A stretch of DNA of 64,000 nucleotides from Octopus bimaculoides. Lineage: Eukaryota. Both the position numbers and the translations under genes were made by a program. The notes under the pieces are model-generated. The model saw only the letters and a list, made by a program, of their open reading frames with translations, did not search any database and was not told where the DNA came from. Below are positions 1 to 14,000 of this stretch, piece after piece (position 1 is the first letter of the stretch; each line of letters begins with the position of its first letter). The stretch spans positions 329,196 through 393,195 of the forward strand of contig NC_068982.1 of the NCBI RefSeq assembly GCF_001194135.2, written 5' to 3'.

Positions 1-469
1 GTCAGTGAACACGTGTAAAGATGAGAGAAATGTGAGGTCACTCACTCACTCTCACTCACGCTCTCTCTCTCACTCACACTCTCTCTCTTACACACACACA
101 CATCCTACTTGAAATATTTTGAAGAGAAGAAAAAAAAACAGGAAGTTTCAATTCTCTATTGAAACGTTCGGTATTCAGGAGGTAAAAGGAGGTCTTACAA
201 TAACTTTGGTCTGATTTATATAGCAATTTGCAAGTGGGAATACGTCTCTGGTTTGTAATAGTCCTTCCTTTATCTTATTTATTTTAGCTTTTTCTTTCAC
301 ATAATTTATATTTTCTATCCCAATGACATAAAAGTCAGGAATTACTCAATCAATAGGATGTTATTCATGTCAGAAGATTCAAGTGATATAAAGTGAATCT
401 TATCATAAACCCACAGGTATACCGCAGCAGCAGCAGCAAATCATTTTGTTAGAAATTAATGCTGTGCCT

Positions 470-719
470 TACTGGCGCGTGAAAAACAATATTTGAGCGT
501 GGCCGTTGCCAGTACTGCCTGACTGGCCCTTGTGCTGGTGGCACATAAGAGCACCCACTACACTCTCGGAATGGTTGGCGTTAGGAAGGGCATCCAGCTG
601 TAGAAACTCTGCCAGATCAGATTGGAGCCTGGTGTAGCCATCTGGTTTGCCAGTCCCCAGTCAAACCGTCCAACCCATGCCAGCATGGAAAGCGGACGTT
701 AAACGATGATGATGATGAT
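470..719 (+). mobile_element. RTE-type LINE 3' end with (GAT)n tail
   Basis: Shares the ...ccaacccatgccagcatggaaagcggacgttaaac(gat)n terminus with many copies in the window, some attached to RTE-like ORF ends. Confidence 0.8.
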
Positions 720-1590
720 CAGATCATATAATGTTTTAATTCAAAATCTTCCTGTGAATATTGTTTGGATAGGAACAGAGTTCATCAGGCAAACTTGCCC
801 TGAATAATGTCTTCTTCAGTGCTGCTTAATGGATTATGGCAGTTACTATTTACTGTGTCCAGTTATTGGGTGACACCCAAATCTATTATTTTCTTACTCT
901 TGATTATTTCTGATTGAATTTACTCAACGGTGACAATGTTGAAAGCAGCTTATCAGTCATTATATATTCCCATCACATATAATATTCCAACAGTTGTAGT
1001 TTTCTTCCCCTTTCATGACCTGTTCCTTCTCAGCACATTTCATACCAAAACTAATGATTCTACATATTTCTTTTCTAGCATCTGTTTTTATCCATGATTA
1101 TCTTCAGCTGTTGTAAACCTTATAACTTGTATGGAGTTGGAATTACTTTTTTATGAATAGATTTCTTCAAGCTCTTAATCAAATATTCTTTTTGTAAAAG
1201 TGCAGATATAAAGTTAAATTTACTTCAATTTCTAGAGTTGGTTCAACTTCTCGGCTCAGTTTTGGTTGGCCTGACATATGACCAAAGGAAATCCAGGCAT
1301 GCCCAACCCATCTTTTTATTTATTATTTCCAGGCACATAATTTAGCTTGGACTACTAAAGCGTCCATTAAGGACTTGGAAGGAAATTTGGCTGCTATTTC
1401 TTGCAGGTCAAGCGACTGCTGCTGTAAACTGGAAGAACTGAGTGACTTTCCTTTTGAAAACAATACTGATGTCTGATTAGACTAACAAAATCTTTCAGTT
1501 GTACTTTTGTGATGTTGGATATAAAGCATAATGATTACATTGCTATGTTGACTATTTTATTAAATATCTTTTTAAATCAATTTATTTCAG

Positions 1591-1707
1591 GACAACATCA
1601 TGACCAGCCCTATGTTCAAGTGTCAGACCAGAGTGTTGAACAAGTAGCTCCAAGACAAATATTCAAGCATCTACCTTCTGTTGGCTGGAAACCATATGTA
1701 GCATCCT
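1591..1707 (+). CDS. EIF2AK3: PERK exon (luminal domain, [10 protein letters not shown]...GWKPYVAS)
   Basis: tttcag acceptor, gtaagt donor, phase 1/1; corresponds to the GQLYLQ...WKP region of vertebrate PERK (recalled). Confidence 0.88.
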
Positions 1708-4700
1708 GTAAGTGTTTGTCTGTCTGCTTCTGTGCATAAATGACATTTCATAATTTGTTGTTATTTTCAATTCTGCTCATCTGTCTGATGCTGGTAGTAC
1801 AAAACCTTGAGTTTATTATCACATCTAGCCTGTAGTTGTCGTTAGTAAGAAAGCATTACACGTGTGTTCAATCCTTATTTTCTATTTTGTTGGTTTTACA
1901 ATTTTAGCTTTGTCCAGAACTCCAGCATTACGTTCAAATACCAATAATAAACCTCTGATTGGCAGAAAAACGTTCAAGAAAAAGAACCCAACAGATACTG
2001 CTGTTGCTGTTTGGCATCAAAATTATCCATTTGGTGAGTTTGATGAGATTTTATAAAAACTTGAAATGGGATCCATTCAGTGGTTGATATTGTCTCTTGG
2101 ACCCATTTTTTATAATGCCCAACTTTAGAATGTTATCTTGATGTTTTCTTTTGAATTGGTGGATGAGGTCAAGTCTTGCAACCTCTGCAGGTCTTCTCAG
2201 ACTATTGAGATTAATGTGTTTGTTTTGTTTAAGAATGGTAGGGAAAATGTGAATGGAGAGGTGGTTCCGAAAGTTTGAGAAACGATTGTGAACATGATTC
2301 TCATAGCACTCAGTCAGTTATGACGATAGGGGTACCAGTTGATCTGTGAAATTAACAGGGTTATTAGGAAAATATGAATTGTTTTGAATAGGCAATGACT
2401 TCAGTGTGTTGATAAAGGAAGATGCAGTAATGGCTGAATAAAGTCTGGCATGAGAAGGGATGAGAGCAGTCAAAAGGGTTGGTGTGTTGTTTTGGGATGC
2501 AGTAAGGACATAAACTAATGCTGATGTTTAGGATAGTTGATGCTCAGGATAATGTGGTCTCTGCACAAACAGTATGAGAGGGAAAAACTAGGTGTGGGCA
2601 TTGAAATTGCCAGAGATGGATGAGTTGACAAAAGACATTTTCACCATCATTGTTGCTGCTACCACCATTTCAGTGACATCCACTTTTCCATGCTTGCATT
2701 CAATCAGACAGAAATCATTAAGATAGATTTTCTGACACTCTTCCTGTCACCAACTACGAGTAAGGTAATATTTGACAGAAGACTGAAAACAAAGCAGACC
2801 ACTTGTATGATGGTGGAACTTGTTTACAATTCTTGTGTAATAACAAGACAAGGAGACAAAAGCACTCATACACACCCACACCTTCATGCAACCACATACA
2901 CATACATATATGATGTGTTTCCACCCATTTCTCTCTGCCAAAGTGTACTCAGCCACAGGCTGTAGAATTGAAGACATTTGGCCAAAATGCCATGCAGTGG
3001 CGGCACTGGAACCGACTTCTCAACACTCAAAGCCATGTCTGCACAGATGTCTTTTGGCTTGTCTTTCTTTCATTTGTTTCGGTCATTAGACTGTGGCCAT
3101 GCTGGGGCATCACCTTCGAAGGGTTTTGTTGGCCAAATAGGACCCTAATTATAATTTAAAAAAAAATTTTTAAGCCTGGTACTTATTCTATGAGGCTCTT
3201 CCTGTCTAACTGCTAAGTTATGGTGATGTAAGCAAACCAACACCAGTTATCAAGTAGTAGTGGAAGACACACAAAGTTTCTCTCTCTCTCTCTCTCACAC
3301 ACGACAGGCTTCTCTCGGTTTTTGTCTAACAAGTTTTCTCACAAGGTTTTGGTTGGCCCAAGCCTATAGTAGAAGACACTTGCCCAAGGATCCACACAGT
3401 GGGAATGAACCCAAAACTATGTGGTTGGCAAGCAGACTTCTTACCACACAGCCATTCCTGTCATATCATCATCTAACATCCGTCTGTGCCTATAAATATA
3501 TATATATAAACTAGCAATGCACCTCGGTGTTGCCCTGGTGTTATGACCTACAGCCACATTATTGGTTCCTTTCTTTTGGGCAGAATTGGCACGACCCTTT
3601 TGATAGTGTTCTGCTAGTTTTAATAAGGAAAAAAAAAAAAACTATATTTATATTGGAACTTAAACAAATCCCCCTCCTCTTCTTCCTCCTCCTCCTCCTT
3701 CCATGGGTTGGATTCTTTGAGAGGAGCTTGCAAGCCAGAAGATTGTATCAGGCTCTCCTCTCTTGCTTTGGTTTCTGTGGCTGGGTGTCCTTCCTAACAC
3801 CAACTTATGGACAGTGCTGGGTGCTTTTTTTTTACGGGGCACCAGGAGCAGTGGAGCCACCAAGTTACTTGCAGGACAAGACTCCTCAGATGAAGGAGGT
3901 GGCTTTGTGTCAGGTGACGAAAGATTAGAGTATGGATCGAGGGACAGAGGTAAGTGGCTTGTAGTAGAGGAGATACGTCATTTAACATCATTTCACATCT
4001 GTGTTTCATGCTAGCGTAGGTGGGACATCATGGATATCTCAATTAGAGAGAGAGAGAAATGGTGAGGGGGAGAGATAAGATGGTGAAGGTGTAACAAGGA
4101 AGTGTCTTTCGTAAAGTGGACAACGGATTGGATATAGTGAGTGTGTGGGTGGGTAAGTTTAGGTGGCAAAAGGAGAATGGGAGATGGAGGGGTGGCAGGG
4201 AGGAGGAAGGAGGGGTGAAAATAAAATGCCCACTTAAGCAGTTATCTTGAGTTGATATGAAACCAAACAAAGAACAGAAAGAAGAAGGAAGTTGGCGATG
4301 ATTAACATCTCAGAGTCATTGTCTAAGACGAAGAAGAAGGGTGGGCACATTACACACATTTCCACTTAACAACTTCTCTTTGAATCCCGGCAAAATACTT
4401 TCCAGAAATACAGTGTAAGAATTAATAAATGAATAATATTACTGCACAAACATTCTACACACTTGCCATCACATAAACATCTCCCCAATGCAATTGCTGG
4501 TATGCAAAAAGAAAACTGCTCACAAGTTAATCTTGTATTTATAAGATTTGAAAACTAAACTGATCCACAGAGATAAGAGAAGAGACCAACAAAAGTAGAT
4601 AAGAAAGAACTGTATAATAATCCTAATTAGTGCACAAATTGATTCAGCCAGAATATTACATTTCATTATATTAATGTCATTAAAACTATATGTTAGGTGG

Positions 4701-7700
4701 ATAATCCAGTTTGTTGTATGTCATAATCTTCACTAAACGATTGTTTATTATTAAATGATGACCAAATTTTATTTTTATATTTTAGATGATGGTTATTATA
4801 TTTTCCCTGATTTCAAAATACTTTTTGATGAGGAAAAGAAACACATTTCTGAAGATGAGAAAGGTGTTTCAGGCAGTTACTTCGACAGGTGGTGAGTTAG
4901 CTTTGATTCTTTCAAAGTTCCAGGAGGACTTTTAACTGCACTCTGATTTTATGCTTGTTTGAACTCTGAAAAAGAGCAAAGTAAAGAGAAGCCACAACCA
5001 CCTCTGGTGGCAAAAACCAATCTTGTGACTCGCTTCACTTTCTTATTTACAACTGTTTTGTTAATGCATTTAGAAAAAAAATCCATTAACACTACAATTC
5101 ACATTCTCACCATAGTTATTTCTAGTTATTTCTATCTAGTTATTAATAAATAAGCAATTTTCTGTGTTTATTGCAGCAATGCCAAGAATAATTTTTTACA
5201 TTTCAATTTTGAAACCTTTTGTAAACCAACTTCATATTTTTTTCAGTTTGTAATTAATGTGTTGTGTTTCTTCATTCTTTTTTTTATTTTCTAGGAAAGA
5301 AATTATTCTTATTACCATTGTCTTGTTTGTAACAATTCCTTTGGCTCTCAGCTACCGAAATAATTTAAATCATTCGGACCATGACCAACATCACATTACT
5401 TCCTCGGAAAGATTTCCCAGCTCACAAGAACAGGTATTTGATTGGTTTATGCTGTTATTAATTTGCATGTTAATCTATCAGTCTAGGAGTTGGTAGAAAC
5501 TAGTGGCAACAAGAATCTTCAAATTTAAGGTTTTTGGTTGTAATCCTCTTATTTAGTCTTTAATGCTCTTGAGAAAAGTTTGAATTTCATGTAATCTTGT
5601 TTCAAGAAACCCATATTATATTAGAATAATATTATTTTTCTAAATGTTAACACTCAGGACGCTGATTAGAAGACAACAGTTAGAGAATGACATGATTAAA
5701 GAATAATTTGTAGATTTGGAATATGATCCCTGGGCCCTTTGCCTGCACCTGTCACATTTTCCTGACGTCCATCCCTCCATCCCTCTTCTAACTATGGCAC
5801 TATTCAACTGCTGTAATCATGTGGGAGCAGAACTACACATATTTCACCACCTTCCCCTCTTCTCTCACCAGTTGATCAACCACTTCCTGCAACTGTTTCC
5901 TTTTAACATCTATCTTTCATTCTCAATATCATCCTTCCCCATTTGATTTTCTCTTGATCACCTCTTTTGGAATCTCTAGTGATCTCTCCTTCTCCCTTCA
6001 GTTACCTTTTTATGACTGCAACGCATTGCCTTTAAAACACACTCTTTCATATCTGCAGTTGACAGACTCCCCCCACCTCTATCCATTCCTGTGTACCTCT
6101 GACCTCTCTTTCTCTAAATCACTCATTCCACTCATCACCTCCCTATTTTCTGATCTATTTACAGGTTACTTTTTTTCTGCTACTGTCCATCCTTCCTGAA
6201 CTGCAACTTAATACCTTCTCCTTCCTGAGCCACTCCTATTTTTTTACCCTCATACCTGAAGTGATATCTAATATTGACCCCAGCTTCATCCTTGTTCACC
6301 ATTCACTACATTCACCTCTATTTCCATCTGTCATTCCCTTCTTACAAACTTAACCAATCACCCTTCTCATTCCTTACTCTGTATTCTCTCAACTTTGGCT
6401 GTTGAACAAAACTAAGAAGAACGTGTTAGCAATCTTGGAATGATTGCTTATAACGGGGACGTGAAATAGTTGATAGCTTCCACTACCTAGGTGACAAAGC
6501 CTGTAGTGGGGGTGGATGCTCTGAGAGCATAGCTGCTAGAATAAGAATAGCCTGGGCAAAGTTCAGAAAACACCTACCTCTGCTGGTAACAAAGGACCTC
6601 TCACTCAGAGTGAAAGGTAGACTGTATGATGCATGTGTGCGAACAGCCATGCTACATGGGCCATGACTGCTGAGGATATGCATAGGCTTGAAAGAAATGA
6701 AGCTAGTATGATCTGCTGGATGTGTAATGTCAGTGTGCATACATGACAGTGTAAGCACCCTAAGAAGAAAGTTGGACATAAGAAGCATCAAATGTGGTGT
6801 GCAAGAGAGACGACTGCATTGGTATGGTGATGTGTTACGTATGGATGAGGAGAGCTGTGTGAAGAAGTATAACACCCGAACAGTGGAAGGAACCCGTAGA
6901 AGAGGTAGACCCCAGAAGACATGGGATGAAGTGGTGAAGCATGACCTTTGAATGTTGGGCCTCACAGAGGCAATGACAAGAGACTGAGACCCTTGGAGGG
7001 TACTTTTAAATGGGCCGGACATGCAACACTGGCATTGGCCATGGCTGCAATCCCACCTTAGTTGCTGGGTCTTTTCAATCATAGTACTATATACAATCAA
7101 AATCATAAAGAATTCTCAGAGGTGGAATTTCAAAAAAATATTGTTTTGATAATTTTTGTTGAGGATTTTTATCTTTCAGAACTTTGAATTTTCTTTCTCC
7201 ACATATTTCCAAGTGTTTCCTTTTTTTCATCCCTTTAATTTTAATGAGAACTTCTTTATAAAGTGTAGCTCCATTGTTTTTCGGAATTTTGGGTCTTTCC
7301 TTGAGCATTTATAGAAGGGGAAGATCTTGAATTTTCCTTCTCCACATATTTCCAAATGTTTGGTCAGTGGAATTTTCCATAGTTCCTCTTGTTGGATGTA
7401 CTAATAAATGCAAAAGAATGAAAAAACAAGACTTGGAAATGCAATTATAATTTTTACTGAAGAAAGTCAAAAACAACATCTGGTTTTTCAATTAAAAACT
7501 TTGACCAATTCAAATACAAAAATTCTTTTTCTTCCCCATCCCAAAAGTCTCTAAGTATTGAATCCTAAACAAACAAGTCTGACCATACCAATACAAAAGC
7601 CCCCCCCGCCTTCTCAAATTTTTTTTCTTTCTTTTTCCTTGGTTGGAAAACTCCACTATTTTTTATATATAGAAAGGCCAAGAAATCTAACTTTAAACCA

Positions 7701-10700
7701 CTTTTTGATAAATCTGATAACAGAAGAAAGTGCTAAAAGTGTAAATAAAAGTATATATAATCAACCAACATTCTGACTATCTTATTACTCTGAATNNNNN
7801 NNNNNNNNNNNNNNNNNNNNNNNNNNNNNNNNNNNNNNNNNNNNNNNNNNNNNNNNNNNNNNNNNNNNNNNNNNNNNNNNNNNNNNNNNNNNNNNNNNNN
7901 NNNNNNNNNNNNNNNNNNNNNNNNNNNNNNNNNNNNNNNNNNNNNNNNNNNNNNNNNNNNNNNNNNNNNNNNNNNNNNNNNNNNNNNNNNNNNNNNNNNN
8001 NNNNNNNNNNNNNNNNNNNNNNNNNNNNNNNNNNNNNNNNNNNNNNNNNNNNNNNNNNNNNNNNNNNNNNNNNNNNNNNNNNNNNNNNNNNNNNNNNNNT
8101 TGGTCTACAAATTCCCAATGCCATAGTTTAGTATCTTAACCTTTTTGATACCAACCCGGCTGAAACCGCCTCTGGCTCTGTAGTACAAATGTCTTGTTTC
8201 CAAAAGTTCTGAATAAAAATCTTCCACCAAACCTTAGTTACAATTTATGTTCCTAACACTAGCTTAATGATAACTAAGTTATTTTTCTAAATTCTTTGTT
8301 ATATTTAAAATTAATTGAAAGAAACACTGAACATCCCAAAATAACCATGGTAACGAAACGGTTAACAGACTCTTATTCTGCTGGCCTCTTCAAAGAAGTA
8401 TGTCTAAATGAATCTCGATATCCTTCCAAGGTCATCCTTTATCTTTCATTCTTCTGAAGTCAGTAAATTGTGGTCCCAATCAAGAACCGCATCTTTCCCC
8501 CTCCTTTCGTCGTTTATTTTTTTAAGTGGTCAGACTTAAATGGCTGCGATGCATCTTGACATTCTACACTGTCTCTGTACTTCATTCATTTCCAGTTTCA
8601 TGTTCTCACTGGCTGTGTACTGAGTGGTTTTGTCTTCTGTTGAGGTGCAGAGTTTTTGATGTGGCTGTTATTCAACACGTTAGCAGTGGCCAGTGAAGCC
8701 TACCCTGCATTGGCCCTTAAATCTACTCATTGACCTTATGCTTATGCCGTGTTTTGAGACTTGTTGAGAAACCTTGTGTATGTAATGTAAAGACAGCTCC
8801 TTCATATTACACATAATGTTTTCTACAACATCCTGAAGAAGGCCAGCTTTGTTGACTTTGTTGTGTGCCATCATTCGAATAAATTGGTGAATGGCTTTCT
8901 TTTGGTTATGTATACGATCAAAGAGGCTGAGTTCAGCTACAACATTCTCATAGGATATTAACAAGACATGTGCACCACACTTGATCTGCAAAGACAAGCT
9001 CACAAGTATAGTGAGATAGATCAGTGAGATAGGTACAGATTTTGTTGATGTGTTGATTGCTTTGATGGTGAGGCTTTTGATTTGAATACGATCAAGATTT
9101 TGCCTAAGGATGTAAGCCACCATAGTCTGAAAGGAAGTGACCCTTTTGGGAAACCCAACAACTACTGTTCTCTGCTTTTGCAACTCATAATATCTGTGAC
9201 CTTGTGTCAGTATTAAAGATCAACAAGTTATTAAAATTTTCAATTATAAGCTTCTAAAATCATTTAGTTTAATTCTTTATTGCTGAGTCACCACCTCATT
9301 CTAGATTGAGTTATATGTATGTCTAAGACTTATTTAATTGTAATCACCAAAATTAGAAATATTAATGTTGGCTATTCAGTTAAATTAATCCAGTTTGATC
9401 TTTATTACTTATTAGAAGGTGAATGATTGAATAAATAAACTTTTTATTGTAGATAGAGTCTTTTAATCTTATACTGCGGTCTATGTTGGAGATCCTGCCA
9501 TGTATTTTGGTAAGAATGATTCACAGAAACACTTATGCATTGGCATACATTTCACCAAAATGTTTGCTTTCTCCAGTTTATATAAATTCTCTCCAGCATC
9601 AATGTCAGTGTGTCTAAAATAAATGCTTTTTTGCTTTGTTGGTGTAATAGTTCCTGCATCAACTTCTCTCTACACTCACATTGTTTAGTCGTCGTTTGAA
9701 ACATTTCCATAGGTCAGCCTAGAATCATATTTATGTAGTCTGATCTGCAGAAATGTCACATTTATTTGAAATAGTATCTCATTTAATTCTGTTTTGTTTA
9801 CATTTGCACATTGGGGACTTAGTTACTGCTATTTTCTGTATTTGATATAGATTAATTATTTCCATTTTATTACTAAATTGCACATTGTGTGCCGAGAACA
9901 TTATAAAAAATGGAATTTAATTCACTTTATTTACACATTGTATGCAGTGTACTTCAGCTACAAGTGTGTTACTGATAAACTGAATTATGTCTTGTTTAAT
10001 ATAATATTCCTCCAAGCAAAATACAAACCACACCCAAGAGATTAAATCCCAGTTAATTTCTGAAGTTGTTGAGTGGAATCACTGTTAGACTGAAGCATTA
10101 CTCTTACACAGTAGTGGTCAGTGGTCATTTGCACAATAAGACATCCTTATATTGTTAGCTGCTTAGTTGTTCTAACAAATTTATTTCTTAAATTAATATC
10201 AAGAATGATTTTTGTTAAAAATTTGGCTTTGCCAAAACTTGAAGAAAGTAACTTGGAGAAACCTTTGTACAAAATTTGATGACACTTTTACAGAATTTGT
10301 ATGATTGCAAAAGAAAGTCTTTCTCAGAATATGCTGTAGAATTGTTACTGGTCTGCTTGAGAGAATTACTATCCAAAGATTCACATTTTCTATCCTGACA
10401 TCAGCACTCTACTGTGTCTATTACAATATTTTATCAGCCATTTCAAAGCTAGTTTTCATCTAACCAAAGCTATTAAGGTACAAAAGGTGAATTACGAATG
10501 ATTGCACCCCCACTGATTGGAAGACTAGTCTGTTGCAGACTAATCCATTTACAGCTAAGTGGACTAAAGCAACTTGAAATGAAGTGGTTTGTTCATGAAC
10601 AAAACATACCCCTTGGTCCAGGAATCGAACCCATAATCTGGTGATTGTGAGTGCAATGCTCTAACCACTTGGCCATGCACCTTCACATAAGCCACATGGT

Positions 10701-11034
10701 AAACAGTACATACACAATACACCTTTGCAACAAAGAATTAATTTTCAATGAAGCTTAAAGAGATTTTTTTTCTGTGTTAATAAAGTGAATCAAGTCAGAG
10801 AACATATATTTAGCATTTTGCTTCAGCTTCTCATCTGCATTATTTCAGTTGCATTGAGTATTTAGGTTTTATATTGATTTCTATGTTCTAATTATGTTTT
10901 TCTTTAAACTACGTCCAGGATGAGACAAAATCTGGTGAAGAATTAGTTGTGTCCAAACAACCAAAAGAAGACCTTACCCGACCAGGTTCATTACAAGTCC
11001 CCAGCGAAATAGAGTATGTTTCTAAGTAAGTCCT

Positions 11035-11079
<45 letters not shown>

Positions 11080-14000
11080 AAATGGCATGATATTGCAAGG
11101 AGGCGTGATTAGAGGGAGCGGAGGGAGAGGGGTGGCGAAAACCTGGGTATGCATAGAGTTGGTGGTGGTGGTGGTGGGGGGGCTGCTGGGTAGCAATGAT
11201 GCAGAGGAACAGGGGCTGTGAGGGCAGGATTGGGGAGTGGGGGGGGTAGGCAAAATGTATGAAGGAGGAAATGTGAGGAAGGGAAGAGATGCAGATTGGT
11301 TTGTTGGGGTAGAGTGAGGGAAAAGTTTTCTTGTTACGTGTGGGTGGAACACACAGGTCACGGGCTAGCAGATATCATTGATACAGTGAGACAGGGTCAA
11401 GAGGACAGGGTTGGGGAGTGGGGGGTGATCATAGGACCTGAAGCAGAAATGTGAGGAAGAGAAGAGACGTAGTTTGGTTTGTTGGGGTAGAGTGTGTGAG
11501 AAGTTTTCTCGTTAAGTGTGGGTGGGACACACACAGGGCTTCTAAAACTCAGTTTTGCTGACATGGGAGGGTCTTCTCAAGAACTTCATATTGCCAGACA
11601 TCTTGGTCCATTGTCGTTTCCTCTGTGAGGCCTGAAAAATTCTTCTTTATCTTTGAAATGTGAAATGAAAGTTTTGTTTTGTTTTTTACAGATATTACAC
11701 AGATTTTGAACATGTCGAGAAACTCAGCCACGGGGCTTTTGGTATTGTCTTTGTAGCTAAAAATAAATTTGATTCTTGTCAGTATGCTGTCAAAAGAATA
11801 TGCCTTCCAAAATGGTTAGTGACATTTTTTTTTAACCTTTGGTAGCATATGTGTAAAATACATTTTATTTGTTTTCAAAAATTCAACATAAATATAAACA
11901 ATAAAAATATTACAATTTCTAAATTTGTTTAGTATTTTAGGCAGTTTTTTTTAAATGTCAGTCTAAGATTCCCCAATCAATGTCTATAACAGAGATGAAC
12001 TGCTTTTAGTTTGAAAGTTAATCAAAGTATAAGGTTTAAGCATAAGATTTCTTAACAATGTAATGGCTTGGTACGAAGCTGCCATTATAAACTTTAGCTT
12101 TACTAAGTTGTCAATAGTTTACATCTCCAAGGTCCAAATCGTCATCATTATTTAACATCTGCTGACATGAATTGGATGGTTTGACAGGAGTTCACCACCA
12201 AGTTCCAGTTTAATTTCGCTTGTTTCTCTGGCTAGATGCCCTTCCTAATGCCAACCACTGGGAGCTTTTAACATGGCATTGTATGAGCACTTTTACATGG
12301 CACCGACATGAGGACTTAAAAAGTCCATGGCTCTGGTACAACTTTTGCAGGACGGTCTTCTTGAATGCAGCAAGGTTCCAAGTATCTCAGTCGTTTGTTA
12401 TCTGAAAGGTTCAGTGCCTTGAGGTTGTCCTTCACTACTTTGGCCTGTGTCTTCTTGGGTCTTCCACTTCCATCCACTTTGAGAGATCTGCATTTCTTTA
12501 TGGAGCGGTTGGCTTCCATTTGTATCGCATGACCAAACCAGTTCAGTCCTCTCTCTCTTGCACACTGCATCTAATTCCTCTGATGCCTAACCTATCTCTC
12601 AAAGCATTATCACTCTGTTGAAATGTACACTAACATTACACATACAGCAGAGCATACTAGCCTCATTGCGCTCTAACCTTTGCATGTCCCTTGTAGAATT
12701 GCTGTTTGTATGCATGCATCACACAACTTTCCTTTCACTCAGAAAGAGAGAGAGACCTTTGGTTGCCAAGAGAGGTAAAAAAAAGCTCTTTGAATTTAGC
12801 TATTACACTCTTTGTACATCCTCCCCCATTACTAATTGTATCCCCTCAGTAGCAATCATCATCCACTACTTCTAACAGTCCTCTGGGGCATTTGCATTTT
12901 CCCAAGCATCTGCTCTTCTTATGACTCCTGTGCATCTTCCACATATGAACGCTACTTTCTCTGATAACCTCCCTATTCTTCCACTGCACCTCATGTGAAG
13001 AAATGATGAGAAATTCTGATTAGCACCACTTGACAGGTGCTTCCCCGTATAACCGAATCAATCCCATTTCCTCAGTTTTGGAGTCAGATACATGACTATC
13101 AGGACTTTCGGCCATGTAGAATGCTGACTTAGGTTCTTATATTCTGCCAACACTTTATCTTGTAATCATCATCATCATCATCATCATCATTTAGCGTCTG
13201 TTGTCCATGCTGGCATGGGTTGGACTGTTTGACCAGGGCTGGCAAGGCTGGAAGGCTGCACCAGACTCCAGTCTCATTTGCCCTTCCTAACATGCCAACC
13301 ACTCTGAGAGTGTAATGGGTGCTTTTATGTGCCACCGGCAGGGGTGCCATATGAGTGACACCAGTATCTGCCACAACTGCAATTTTGCTTGGTTTGATGG
13401 GTCTTCTTCTCAAGGCCCAACACTTCTCCGCATTCGAAAGGAACTCAGCCATTTTGCTCTATTAATCTAAATATGTTTAATTCAAAAATCTTGAAGGTAT
13501 TTTTTGAAGTTATTTAATTAAATATGATTATTTCTATTGATTTAAATTAAATTTCTTGAAAATCTTGATTGTTCTTCATTTCTCTTCAGTGCAAGCAGTG
13601 AAGAAAAGGTAATGAGAGAAGTGACCACACTTGCAAGTCTTGACCATGCTGGAATTGTTCGTTATTTCCAATCTTGGTTTGAATGCCCACCTGCTGGATG
13701 GCAGGAAAAGATGGATTTAGAACTGGGGAATAAGTAAGTTAATATTCATTTCAGTCTCCTTTGAATCATTTGGAATGTGTGCGTGTGTGTGTGTGTGTAA
13801 GAGAAATAAATGGAGGTATGGTTGTACCTTTTCTTTTCTTCAAGAAAGAATTACTGATGATAAAAATTATACATTCTTGAAAATTGTTAACTAAAAATAG
13901 CGATGGATTATTTTTTTCCCCTTTATTTCAGTCACTACCGTTTGAATTTTCTCATGGTTATCTGACAGTTGACTTGTGTTGGCTTATTCCTGTTACCATT

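Noticed and set aside
1-1590. Upstream PERK luminal-domain exons
   Set aside because: No open, splice-bounded segment with PERK similarity was found; they probably lie left of the window
8680-9183. 167-aa ORF antisense in a PERK intron
   Set aside because: No recognisable domain or splice context; perhaps a decayed transposon but unsupported
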